From NCBI GenBank assembly GCA_964188305.1, contig OZ076886.1: a stretch of DNA of 64,000 nt. One strand, 5' to 3'. Made by a program: the position numbers and the translations under genes. Under the pieces are notes generated by a model. That model saw only the letters and a program-made list of their open reading frames with translations. It ran no database searches and was not told the origin of the DNA. The stretch is from Podarcis bocagei. Lineage: Eukaryota. Below, piece after piece: positions 1 through 12,762 of this stretch (position 1 is the first letter of the stretch; the number at the start of each line of letters is the position of its first letter).

Positions 1-1979
1 CTGTTGATGTACATATTCTGCTTTGGCAATCATATCAGGGATGACTGGTCCCCGTGTCCCAGGTGTGTTTTCTTTTAAGAGGATCAAAGTCCGGAAGGGT
101 TGGGCAGAGCCACCGTGAGGGCTGGTGAAGGTAATTTGCAGATGTAGCAAACTACGTCGTCTCTTATCCAACCTCCCTCTAGTGACGGATGTAGTTGTGG
201 AATCCATCGTGGCATTGCCATGACGATAGAAAGGTTAATGGAAATCGTGAAGAGGCACAAAACATTGGACAGGAGTGTGTGTGTGGAGAGACAGTTGCGC
301 AAATATTTTTGTTCCTGAAGCATTTTGAGAAAGCCAGTCTCTTGATCAAGGGTTTCCTTCAGTGCTTCTTGGAAAATTTGCTTGGGGCAACTTCTGTTGC
401 CGGTCACCTAAGTAAGGCGAGAGTTGCCCCAAGCAAAATATTTGTGCAGCTTTTTCATGCTTGTTTGTTCCTATGACTGTTTTTTATCCTCCCTCTCTCG
501 GTGTGTGCTTGCTTTAAAATGGCATGAGCTCAGGAGTTGGAGAGAAGTGACTTTGTAATCCAGCCTTCACCAAGCTAGTGCCCTCCAGATGTTTTGAACA
601 ACAGCTCCCATCAGCACCAGCTGTAGTCTGGAACATCTGGAAGTGCCAAGTTGGAGAAGTCTGGTGTGAAAGAGATCTCTGAGGGCAGCTGGGCAGCGAT
701 GGGACTCTTGAGTTGTGGCTCCGCTTGGTGGAGGGTGAACCTCTGTTGCTCCCCTCTATCTCCTCTCATGGATGTGGTGAGCATTTTTTGCAGGGTCAGC
801 CAGCCACTCACTCTTTTCCCCCCAGTGGGACAGAAAACCAGATTTGCAGACTAGGAGGAAGGGAGCTCCTTGGCAGTTTCTACACCAGGTATTTTGCTCC
901 CTTCTAGGTAGCAGGTTTATGACGCTCACACAAGAGCACACTTGCTTTTGGAAACATTGAAGGTCCTAGTAGATCTGTATTAGCATTCATCTTGTGGCTC
1001 CACATATGCAAGCTACATGTTAACTCTCTGAGCTGGGAGGCGATGCTGGAGGGCAACACTGTTCCCATGAGAAAGCATGTTTTCCCCACTCCTTCCTCGA
1101 GACTACTTCAATTCTGTACATTTACCAGGGTCACGGTTGTGTCTGGGACCACCTGTTTCCCTGTATGTCTGAGCACTGCCCCTTGCTGGAAAGTGTGAGA
1201 AGTAAGATCTTCGTTCAGGAGCACACATGCCAAGAAGAGAGCAAGGAGCAAGTGAAAAGTTGTCTAAATAGTTGCAGGGGAGTAAGGTGAAGGGCACATC
1301 TCTGTGGGCCAGGGGGAAGCACACTGCATGTAGCAGATAGGCTCTCCAGGCGTGGCTCAGGCCTTTGCAACCCGATCTCGGTCCATGTGAGCTCTTCGCA
1401 TCCTGTTTTCACATGGCTATTTAAAGCTCCAAACACTCTCTTCTTGTTGACATGGCCCCTAAAAACCTAGTTCTGCAGAGGAGTGTATTTCTCTTACTTA
1501 CGACGCTGGCAGGTTAAGTCCTGCTCTGTTTTTCACATCCACAGACTCCAGGGATGAGGCTTGCTGTTATGTAGCTCACTCCCAGGTTGGCCTGAAGTTG
1601 CGGATGAGTAGAGGGAAGCAGGAAGTGATCTCAGAGTCCTCTCCCACCCTATCACCTCTTGGCTATTTTAAAAAATTATCTGGTCTCCCATCATTGATCT
1701 GTGGTAACCATGGATGCCAATCCCTAACTAGACACCAGATTAGGTGAATGGAGGATTTTGTGTTGCTGGGATGAATGTCAGGGACCATTTGCCTGTTGGC
1801 ACTTATTTCAAAGGATCTCTGAAACTGCTGCCCTCGTGCAATTCCATGATGACTTCTTGAAACCGATCCAAATGCCTGTAGCTGGGTCCTCAATTACAGG
1901 GACCTTACAGTCAGCATCACTTTTTCATTTTTAATCCAACTTCTGAAACTGAATAACACATACCTTTCTACCTCCTCAG

Positions 1980-4900
1980 CAAAGCAAGAAGGCCGGACCT
2001 GCGAATACAACGGCCGCATCTACCAGAACGGGGAGAATTTCCAGCCCAGCTGCAAACACCAGTGCACTTGCATCGACGGGGCTGTGGGTTGCCAGCCGCT
2101 CTGCCCACTAGAGCTGCCCCTGGCCTCCCTGGGCTGCCCCAGCCCCAAACTCCTGAAGGTGCCTGGCCAGTGCTGCAAGAAGTTTGTGTGCAGCAAAGGA
2201 CTCAAGAAGTATGGAGGGGTCACCTTTGAGTACAACGCCAATGGCGACTCCAGTGACAATGAGCTCATCTATGTGGGCAAAGGCGGACACTGGAAAAACC
2301 TACCAGGTGAGGGCTGAAGGGTGCAGTCAGAGCTGCTGCGACTGGAGGAGTAGGAATGCTATTCAGCTTCTGCCTATATTTATACCAAGAGGCTTGTGGC
2401 ACCTTAAAGACCTAACACATCTGTTGTGGCATAAGTTTTCATGGACTACAGCAGGGATGGGGAGGCTCAGGCCCCAGGGCTGAATAAGTCCCGCCCCCAC
2501 TCCCTTGGGACTTCCCCTAGGCCACACCCTCTCACCGAGCACACCCCCTATCCCCAGGCAACACCACTGCTTCGCTAGCCTGGCTTTGCACGCTTCCTGA
2601 GTCTTCTTGACAGGCTGGTGTGTGTCTCTGAAAATGCCTCAAGCTTGCATGCGTGGACCGAGAGGAGCGTGTGAGCGAGTCTAGAAACTAGTGTACTGTC
2701 TGAGTTAAAATTTGCACTGATTGCTTGGCTCCCTTTGCCTCTTGCCCCACCCACCCCTTGAACACTTGAAGGTTGTCCAGATGGGAATGTGGCCTGCAAA
2801 TGGATGACGAGATTAGTCCACCTGGAAGTTTCTTTTGCAACAACAAACATGGGTGCTCCTTTGGAAATCCTTAGAATGGAAGGCATCCCTTTATACTGGA
2901 TGTTTTCCATCGTATTAGGTCACTCTAATGTTTGCATAGGAATAGAGAGTCTGCATGGGGATAGTCTTGGGCACTATATTTGTGGTTGTTGCTAAATTTG
3001 GTGTGCATCACAATTTAAACAATTGCTTTGGGGACCTGAATATAGGTAGTTATGAGGTGATTTATGGCTGTAGGGATTCTCCACCTCCCCAGCTTAGAAC
3101 GATAGGCACCTTTGGACCAAAAAAACCAAAACTGCTTTATGAGCTGTGCAGCAGTGTGTTGCATCTGCCCCATGGGAAATGGCATAGCAAAGTAAGATGA
3201 AGCTTCCAGCCATTGCTCGTGAGACTGCATCTGTCAGAGGCATTCCCTTGTAGGATAATGTACTGTAGGATGTCATACCAGGATGTTTATTAGCAGGCCA
3301 CATTGCAAGGCTTAAAAGTCATCTGCTTACTGTGTGGCATTGCTCTTTGATGACAAGCTGCTCCTTAAACCGCTTTGGGACACCATCTCACCCATGAAAC
3401 CTCCTTGCACTATCAATTTCTAGGTCCGTGTCTCACACAAGCTAGTGGCGATGTAGCTCCCTTCTCTTTTTGGCAGCAATCTAGTGACTTTGCTACTAAC
3501 TCTCTAATTGGAACCCTGAAATTTCCTCCTGCCTCCAAGTATCTTGGTGTCTTCACTTCCTACTACTTGGGCCTCATGCGGTCTGTGCACCAAGGCACTG
3601 AGGGAAAGGTTGCGCCTTGAGAAGAAGTGCCTAAGATGCAGCTGGCCAAGTTTATAACCGTTTTGCTCCAAGGGCGGGAAATGGAAAGCTGGCACTGTGT
3701 TGCGTGGAAGCGGCATCTAAACAGGGTGGAGACACAGAACATAAATAGGGGTAAGAGTGGGAGTTGGCCTTTGCCCTTTCAGGATCTATATCTGATGCTC
3801 CCGAGGGGCAGGAAATGTGATCCTTCACTTGCATTTGCTTTGGTTCCCAGTTGCTATTTCGACTAAGCATGGCAGTGGTTGCATAAGAGAGGGACCGAAA
3901 AGCATTAAATCTGTCTGAGAGGGATTGTTCACACAATCTCCTGTATCACTCTTGCTCCCAAGTGATGGTTGGTCGGGATGCCACTACTCCTGCATATTTT
4001 GTTTTGTGGTTTCATGGCAAAAGAGGAATGCAGGCATTTCCTTCCCAGAAGACAAGAGTTTGCACCTACTGGGAATTTATTCTACAGATGCCAGTTTAGT
4101 CTAAATGGAGTTGATGGGTTCTCAGTTGCCAGAGTCCCGAACAGCCTCCACATCCACACCCTCTTCCCTCCATTTCCCCCCTACAAACTCATTTCCCATG
4201 TTTCCTACCCAGCATGTGGCCTTGCCTCTTTCTGTAGTTGCCATTTTGAATGGTGTGGCTGCCATGGAGGCTTACGAAGAATCCTGCTGAGTCATCTTGA
4301 CTTAGCATGATGGCAGCTAGATGCCTCTGGGAAGCTCATCTACAGGACAAGGAGACAGTTGCCTTCTTCTGTTGCCCATTAATGCCTGCCTTCCGTTTGT
4401 GGAAGTTGCAGGGAACCTGTGGCTCCCCAGGTGCTGCTGGACTCTAACTCCCATCATTCCCAGCCAGCATGGCCAGTAGCTGGGAATGATTGGAACTGTA
4501 GTCTAGTAACATCCAGAGAACAGAACAGACGTGTTCCACATCTCTTAAGGAACTTAATCCCTTTCAATCTCATGTTATGCTTGGCCAATGTGTGTAGCTG
4601 CTGGCAGTACATTGCTCACTGTTCCCTTTGGGTTCAGAATGACAGTGCGGTAACTGGGATTCCCTTCTCTTCCCCAGCATGGAGGCCATTCTTCCAAAGC
4701 CACGTGGCAAAGCAACAGCACAAGTGCTTGGCTCAGACTACGGACTGGTCGCCGTGCTCCAAGAGCTGCGGCTTCGGCATCTCCACCCGCGTCACCAGCG
4801 ACAACCCGAAGTGCAAACTGATCAAAGAGACCCGGCTCTGTCAGATCAGGCCTTGCGGGAAACCTGATTTTTCCAAACTAAAGGTGAGGGTTGGGAAGGC

Positions 4901-5670
4901 GGGAAGAGGGTGAGCAGGGAATAGGGGAGGGCACTGCTTACCACAGAAGCCCAGCATCTGGGACACGAGAGCTGAGTCTGCCTGCACTCCCAACCATTCA
5001 AAATGGCAAGTTTTGAGCCTAACAGGTGGGATTAGGGCCCAAGATGGTGAGATGTTCTGCTCCAGGCTTACATTACAGGAATGGTGCCTGTGGGGCTAAG
5101 AGGTGTGTGTGCTTGTTTACTAGAAAGAAGAATAGCTCAGCTGGATACAGCGTGGTGCTGATAATGCCAGGGTTGCAGGTTTGATCCCCCATATGTGACA
5201 GCTGCATATTCCTGCAACTGTCCCATATTCCCTTCCAACTCTACAATTCTATTATTCTATTCCATGACTAGGTTCTCCAGCTGTATGCTTTGTGTGCATA
5301 CAGCTTTCCTGGGCTGTATTCTTTTGCACACAGTGCAAATACTTTCCTCTCCTCTTTTCAGAAGGGCAAGAAGTGCTTGCGGACACACAAAGTGCGTGAG
5401 CCGGTGAGGTTCAGCTACGCTGGCTGCAAGAGCCCACGCCGTTACCAGCCCAGCTACTGCGGGTCCTGCTTGGATGGCCGCTGCTGTGTCCCTCTGCGCA
5501 CTCGCACCCTGAGCGTGCCCTTCCATTGCCCGGATGGGAGCTCCTTCTCCAAGAACGTCATGATGATCCACACTTGCCAGTGCGGCCCGGCTCATTGCCC
5601 GCTCCTCAGCGAACCTGCCATGGGGCCCCGGTACCAGCTCAATGGGGATATTCACAAATTCCTGGAGTGA
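1980..5670 (+). CDS. CCN1/CYR61-like matricellular protein, 3' part (VWC, TSP1 and CT exons); 5' exons lie upstream of the window
   Basis: Exons 1980-2306 ([43 protein letters not shown]...[10 protein letters not shown]; VWC plus linker), 4678-4883 ([45 protein letters not shown]; TSP1) and 5362-5670 (KGKKC...[11 protein letters not shown]...FSKNVMMI...DIHKFLE*; CT). All junctions are AG/GT, phases 1-1-0 match, and the 10+6+10 cysteines are present. The NELIxVGKG linker and DIHKF terminus are CCN1-type. Confidence 0.93.
5127..5267 (+). mobile_element. tRNA-derived SINE with CR1-type 3' tail in the last intron of the CCN1-like gene
   Basis: A-box-like TAGCTCAGCTGG, B-box-like GGTTTGATCCC, tail CCCTTCCAACTCTACAATTCTATTATTCTAT. 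Confidence 0.7.
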
Positions 5671-8354
5671 TGGAGCCCGCTATCCTCGGGAACCGAGTCA
5701 ACACATCTCCAGTGACTCTGGATCACCCCTATGGACTTGAGGCCCCTCTGCCTGATGTCAGGAGAAAACAGGACATCCTAAACCTGCCCTGCTTCCATGA
5801 ATGCAAATGCGACTAAAATTAGGAAAGGCAACATGGATTTTGGAGGTGCACTAGTTCCTCAGTATATGGGTTGTGCCTGGGAGTCTAGAGATCTAGCGAT
5901 TTGAGGAATGGATCTCATGTCGCTGGGTTCAATCTCTCCATTCAGCCCGGCCAGGCTCAGGCTGGAACTGGGCCTTGGGCAACAAAATGGGGAGTCAAAC
6001 AAAGAGATCTCCCCATTGCAGTCACCTTTAGGGCTCCACAGTCCATGATTTGGTCACAGTGCTGGAATGAAGGAGGAAGCACAGCCCTTGCACGCTAGGG
6101 ATAGCTGTAAATTCTCTGGTTTGATTTGCCAAATTCCAAGATGGACAGCTCTGATATCCTTAAGGTCCTTTGACTGGAAAGAGCAGAGGAGGATGCAAGG
6201 CAGATAACCCACAGCTGGACTGGATTGGGGTGAGGGGGAGTCAGATCTGCCCTGGATGCCTCCCTAAGATCCTACAGTCCTTTTTAGATTGAAATCTGGC
6301 AATGCAACCTCAAGACAGTCCCACAAATAATGAATTAGGATGAGTTTTGGTACAGAGTTCAAATTAATGGCCAGTAGAGGAAGCCATGGTGGAGTGGCAG
6401 TGCTCACTTGACCTCCAGGCAACTGAGTTGCTACTATGGGTGGAGGGGGCAAGGCAGTGAGAAGGTCACCATGGTGCAAATGCAGAGGCAGACCGGCACT
6501 CCTGGTGTGTTTGCACTGCGCTGACCTCCTCGCTGCCTGGCCCCTCCCCTTCCAGGTAAGCAGAAGCAACTTAGCTACCCAGAGGTCAGGTGATTGCTGC
6601 CACTCTGCCATGCTGTCTGCTGCTGCTGCTGCTTTTTTAACCCTGTGAATTATTGAGAAAATGGCCAAACAAGGGTTGACAGGGACCTGCTTCCCCTTCA
6701 CCGCCTGCTGTTTGCACCTGTGCTTCTAATTCCTTCCTTGTCTGCCTCAGTTGGAAACCTTTGCTTCCCATTCTGTCCTCCTTTGAACCGAAGGGCTGCC
6801 TTGCCTCCTGCTCACAGCACACCCTGGTGGTGAGATGGTTTCCTGGAGAGAAAGAAACCTGTTGGCAACAACAATGCGGAAAGGGAAGGGCTTCTTTCTC
6901 CAGTTTGCGCTGTTTCCCAGCTCATCCTTCTGCGTGTTGCTGAACTGTTATTCAAACTTGGGTTGGGGGGGAATATTTTTTAAAAAATTAAAATGTGGGG
7001 AAAATCAGAGTAAACACACACACTGCAGACTGAAAACAAAAAAGAGGGAGGGCTGAGAGTTGAAGGAGATTTTCTGTGTTATTTCAAAAACCAGCAGACC
7101 CTATTTATCCATATGTGATGGTAGCAGAAGGGAAACACTTTATCAAATCACTTTCTTCCTTTGAAAATCACTTTCTTCCTTTGAAAATCAGCATCTGCCT
7201 CCAGACTAAGACATGTTGATTTCCGGAACAGTCATTTGTAAAAGGCAATCCCCCATTTGGCGAGACTCTCCTCTCCAGCAATTCTGTTGCACCATGGCTA
7301 AGCTTAAAGAGACCTCCTCCGAGATTTATTGAAGCACTTTTTAATAATTAATCATGTTCCCTATATGTTCCTGGTGAGCAGCAACAGGGATCGTCAGAGA
7401 ATAGGGGGGCAATGTTGGAACAGATATTAAACTGTTAAGTCTTTCTTGTCCTGTTGAGGAAAACTATATTTATGAGCGCAGCAAAGTAGGCTTTGCTACA
7501 AATAAGGAGATTTTATTTTATTTACCTTTTTTTTGCATAAATATTATAGCTTCAACGCTGGTTTGGAGTGTCGGCTATTTAGCTTCATAATGAAGCCTTC
7601 CTTGCTTTGCATCTTGTAAGCAGAGCTTTTGATTCCACTCTCCCTCTTGGATCTTAAAAGTTGCTAGAATGAAATGTCTGTCACTTCATTCTGGTGTTTG
7701 TGCCTCTTTCCGTCGTCTTGGAGGTTTTGGTGTAGGAAAATCATGACACTGCCCTTGCAAAAGGGCTTGATATAAAATGTTCAAGGGGTATGTGATAGGT
7801 AACCTTGGTTGCTTTCCATTTCTACAGCCATCGCCCCTGAACTCCATTCTTCCCAATGTAGGAGGAAATTGGATTTGCAAATCCAGCAGGACCTGACCTT
7901 AGTTGGAACTGAGGGGTTCTTGTTATTTTCAAAATGTATTCTTGGGCTCTCAATTATGATTTTAAGGCTACAATCCTAATCACATTCTCTTGAGAGTTTG
8001 CCTCACTGAACTGATTGGGTCTTACTTCTAAGTAAACATGCACAAGCCTTGTTCATGAGATACTAGTGACCATATTTATCACATCCTCATTATTAGCAGC
8101 TGACATATATTTATTGTTTAAGTTGTGCCAAATGTCGTAATGGTTTCTTTTTACAGGTGAACCAATTTAGTAGATATGGGGAATGCAGTAGGTTTTATAT
8201 AGTTCGCCTTCAGTGTTATTTTAAACAGTCTCAGCCCACTGCCATTCTACCATTTTTACCAGACACTTCAATGGAGCAACAGAAGACTATGCATATACAT
8301 ATTACATTTGACTAAGACTGAATGGTGGGAGGCAGGGTTTCAAATACTATAGGG

Positions 8355-8792
8355 CAGAGGTTTTCAACCTTTTTGAGTCCAACTTGACCAACTACATTCT
8401 TTCTGCGGCTCCCCTGTGGGGCTCAGGAGCCCAGATATGTCACCCCTTGCCTCCAGAGCTGGCAGCCTCTCACCCTTTTTGGAACACCCTCCCTTGTGGA
8501 GGGTTCCCTCAGCCTCCTCTCCTCTCCCCTGGGCTGCTGCTGTCCCTGGTCTCTGAGCTGCCCCCCCCTCCCCCAAAGACAGGTGCCTCCCAGAGGCACC
8601 ATTTGCCTGTGGAGCTTGTGGCCTGGGCTGCTGCAACAAACAGCTGTGCAAGCCTTTGGGAGGCAGAGACACAAGAGGGCATCAGAGGAGGGAGGGAAGG
8701 AAAGAGGGGCAGAGGCCAGTGTTGCCTGTGGCACCCCTGACCATCATTCAAGGCACCCCAGGGTACCATGGCACACTGGTTGAAAACCACTG
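8355..8792. mobile_element. hAT (Charlie-like) MITE
   Basis: TIRs CAGAGGTTTTCAACC / GGTTGAAAACCACTG (14/15) with a perfect 8-bp TSD CTATAGGG. Confidence 0.88.
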
Positions 8793-11700
8793 CTATAGGG
8801 AATCAACATGAGCTGGGAACAGTGGCGGATCTTGGTGTTTCAAATTTAAGCGGTCAGGATCCGCCCCGCCCCCCACCTCTGGCGCCATCGAACTGGTTGT
8901 GCTCTCCTACATCTGCTTTTGATAGGAGTGCTGATCTGAAAACATTCAAACCAAATTCACCAAAGGTGAATGCTAAATGCTATCCACTCCAATAGCCCTA
9001 CAAGGATAGAAATACAAAACATGATGAAAATCACCAGCATACGACATCCCCTGAAGATATTTGGATTCTAGTAGGTCCCAAAATGAATAAGTTAGCAATA
9101 TGTCATTATTTTGCAAGGGGGTGGAATAAGAAATATGCCATTAATGCTCACGTTAACAGAAAGATGGTAAGATACAGATGATGCTAGCATTGTTCTGCTC
9201 TGGTTAAATCTCATTTTAAGGATACAAATGAACGCCAGAAGCTTCTATACATAGAGTCAGACCACTTGGCCTTGTATTTGCTAGCCGGACTGACAGCAGC
9301 TGTCCTGGATTTCAGAGAGGAGTTTGTAACTGTACAACAAGCTTCAAGACCTGGAAAGAGACTTACCTTGGGTCACAGTGCCTGTAGGGCAGGAGAGGGG
9401 ATCTTACAGCAGTGTGACTTTACTGCCATCTAGAGGCCACCTTCTCTGTAAAAGCCAGGTTGGCTGCCTGAACCATGCATGGAATGTGGTTTTTGGAGTA
9501 AGAGACCAAAACCTCTTGCTTTTAGACCAGCTTTTACAAATAGGAGAGGGGTAAAGTAATTTAGCTATGTCTCCACAAGCAATGACAATCCAATTCTTGT
9601 CTTCTGGAATTAGCATATTCATTGACTCACAAAATCTGTGAGAAGTGTCACCTTTGGGGTTATGGATTTTCTGAATTTAAATGTTTAAAAAGAGGTATCT
9701 TATGGAGCCAGAACCAGCGACCAGATCTCTAAAAGATGTCATGCAAATATGCTAATAATAATAATAATAATGGTTCATTGTATCCACTGCAGCACAAGTC
9801 CATTGAAACTGGGGCCGGGGATGGGTTAGGAGGGTAGAGTTTATTTTTCCGGTTTCCAACAATGGCTTGCTCCCTGCTCAAGCCTAGATGTCTTTCCATT
9901 ATGTTGTTGTACACCACTCTAATCTCCCCGTGACACTTACCCAAGGTTCGGTTTCCTTGGAGCGTGGCACAGCGGAGGCTATGGTGCACAGTTGATTTAC
10001 ACTTCTATACAATCTAAGCCTACAATGGAGGGGTTCACAGCATTGACACCCCAAAAGGGTCTTGCTTCTCCCATAGCCGCAGCCTTGGATTGCAAAAGAA
10101 ATCAGGCATCACTCTGACCCTCTGCCTTACCAGCCTGCTGCCTTGCTTCCATCTTCTAACTCACATAACTTCACTCTCAACTCTGACCCTCGTCTCTCTA
10201 ACTTCCAGCCAGCGGAGGGAGGAGGCCCACCCTTTTGCCCTCTGGTGCTGAGCCACTTCTGTCATCGGTAGCCCAGTACCCAGTCTGTCACCTCACCAGG
10301 AAGCTAGCCTCGCTTTTCCAGGAATTAGAATCCTTGATTAGATTTCAACACTTGCTGGGTCCAGGGGTTAGAAGGGCCTCAGCATACGGCCTACCTCCTC
10401 CAAAACTCTTAACGCTATGCAACTTAGCAAACACAAGAGAGAGCGCTTAAGTCTGCAACAGCCGGCTGCTTCACTGGACTGCACTATATAATCTACACCA
10501 CCTTTTCCCAAGCTGAAAACACATAAAATAAATTGTGGGATTTGGGACAGTTGCAAATCAGTACTCAAAACAGTAATCAACAATTCCGAGTGTTATTACC
10601 GTCCCTCATCTCAATCTCAAAGCTCTTTGGCTCATTAAAGACTTCGATCTGTGAGTGGAAAGAGGTTGCTGTTCATTGATCTCCCTTACTGGAGTGTAAG
10701 GGCTGGAGTAGGAGTGAAATGATCTGATCCAGCCTGCTTAAGAGTGTACAGCTGAACACATTGCCAGCTCTATCTATGCTGATCCTTGAAGAGGGGGGTT
10801 GGAGGGGAGGCAGAGAAGGTGATGGATTGAGTCCAGTGTCCCTCTTCGCCACACAAAAATTAGAGCCAGCAGGACTGGAGGAGCACTAACCATGTCACTG
10901 GGGGGAATGGATGTGTGCATTTTTAAGCACAGCAGCACATGTGCAACTTCCTGGCGCATGCAGAAATCTCTGATTCGGGCCCTGGTGCCTGGTTAGGGTG
11001 GGGTGGTGGAATATGGCCTATAAAGAATTAACCAGGTATAGCAGCCATATGTGATGAATGTCTCTCTCCTTATCCATTATTATTGTTGTGATTTTTCTTA
11101 AATAATCATATTAGAGCTATTTTCATTGTGCAAAGTGCTTTCCAGTTCTCCTCCTCCTTTGCTGTTTCTCCCAATTCATCTAATGAATAGTGGGCTTTAT
11201 TTTAAAGAGATCTATGTATTAAAATGAAAAGGTTCAGCAGTTTTATATTTTGCAGATACATGGATATATGGAAATCTTTGTTTGGTTTTTATAAAATTAA
11301 ACAATTATTACATAAGACAACTCTGATCCAGGCTAAGTTCTGGGGGACTAATGAAGGGACTTCAGGGTGGTGGTGATTAATGAGCACAGCTGACAGTGAA
11401 GGAGAAATTCTGGATGCAGAAAGAGCCAATACACACAGCCATTAGGAGTGTTGAGGAACTCAGGTTCGTCTCCAGTCCTGTTGAATTCTGTACGTGGGAA
11501 GGAGAGGGGGCACTATTTTGCCCTTTGCCTGAGGCAGCAAAATGATTTGGGCTAGCCCTGCTCTTCCCCTAGTATTGAGATTCAGCATTTTCACTCCTAA
11601 AGTAAACAAAAAATTAAAAAACACAGAGGAGATCAGAGGCAAGCAAGAAGCACCCACCTCTGGAATTAGCTGCCAGAAGCAAGTTTTCACTCTGAAGGCC

Positions 11701-12092
11701 AGGACAACTCTTCCCATAATAATCCTCACTACTCCTTGTTGGCTAAGGAAGGATGGAGATAACTTCAACATCAGGCCTTTCTGCAACACACCATGCAGCA
11801 TCTAACCCAGGAGCTGCAGCCTGCAAATACAATCCAAATTAGTTTGTCCACCATCAGGATGCACGCTGCGAAGATGGCCCTAAGGCAAGTTGCAGGTCTG
11901 AGCAAACATGAAAGAAAATGCTAGACATGGGGGTGGGCAGTGCTAGATAATATAGTGCTATATTAAGTGTTTTGTTTTCAGCTGATTTTGGAAAGCAGCT
12001 CTCAGAAGTAGCATGGTGTAAAATATAGCAGGGTGTGTAAGCCACTTGGACTCTGCTGCCACAAAGCACATAGGCTGATGACATGTTGATTA

Positions 12093-12152
12093 AAAGCAAA
12101 GCAAAGCAAAGCAAAGCAAAGCAAAGCAAAGCAAAGCAAAGCAAAGCAAAGC
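12093..12152. repeat. (AAAGC)12 microsatellite
   Basis: Read directly from the sequence. Confidence 0.97.
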
Positions 12153-12762
12153 AAAAAACAACCACCAGAAAGACTTGTGGCACCTTGAAGAGTCTCCAAT
12201 TTATTGCAGCATAAGACTTGGTGGACTAGAGCCCAGTTCATCAAACATATATTGCATGGCTATAGAGAAAACAATTGTGAACAACTGGGCCAAAAGGTCA
12301 TGAAAGACAAGAGATCATGAGACAGAAATTCCTGATCTGAATACATAGGATTAAATTTACTGTACTCATAAATTCTAATCCAGCAATTTCACACTGGAGT
12401 CCTCGTAAAAGTTTTTGCTGCTGTTAAATGCTGGTGACTTTCAGGTTGGCAGCAGTGTGTCCTGAGAAAATGAAATAGTATCTTCCCACTAGCTTATGCT
12501 GCCTTAAAAAAAACATGTAAGCATTGTGCCCATTTACTCTTAACTGTGGATCCTTGCTTATTTGTCCTATGCAGACACTAGGAAGGCATTGTTGGCAGCT
12601 GATACCGTACCATACTTCAAAAAGTAAAAACCAGGACACCTCAAAAGTTGTTGAGGAAACCCCCAAAATTGTTGGGCTTTTTTTAAAGGAACAGTTTGGG
12701 CTGGTTCCTTTGACAAAATGCTGTGTCCAGTTGCTTTTTCTTCTGGGTCTGTCCTGTAGTAG

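Noticed and set aside
5127-5200. tRNA gene
   Set aside because: The cloverleaf is degenerate and runs into a CR1-type tail, so it is a SINE head.
12524-12762. N-terminal 80 aa of the 468-aa RT ORF as a chimeric or domesticated gene
   Set aside because: It starts at TTG in AT-rich flank upstream of the TSD, so it is a chance open frame. The RT is 5'-truncated and has no endonuclease.
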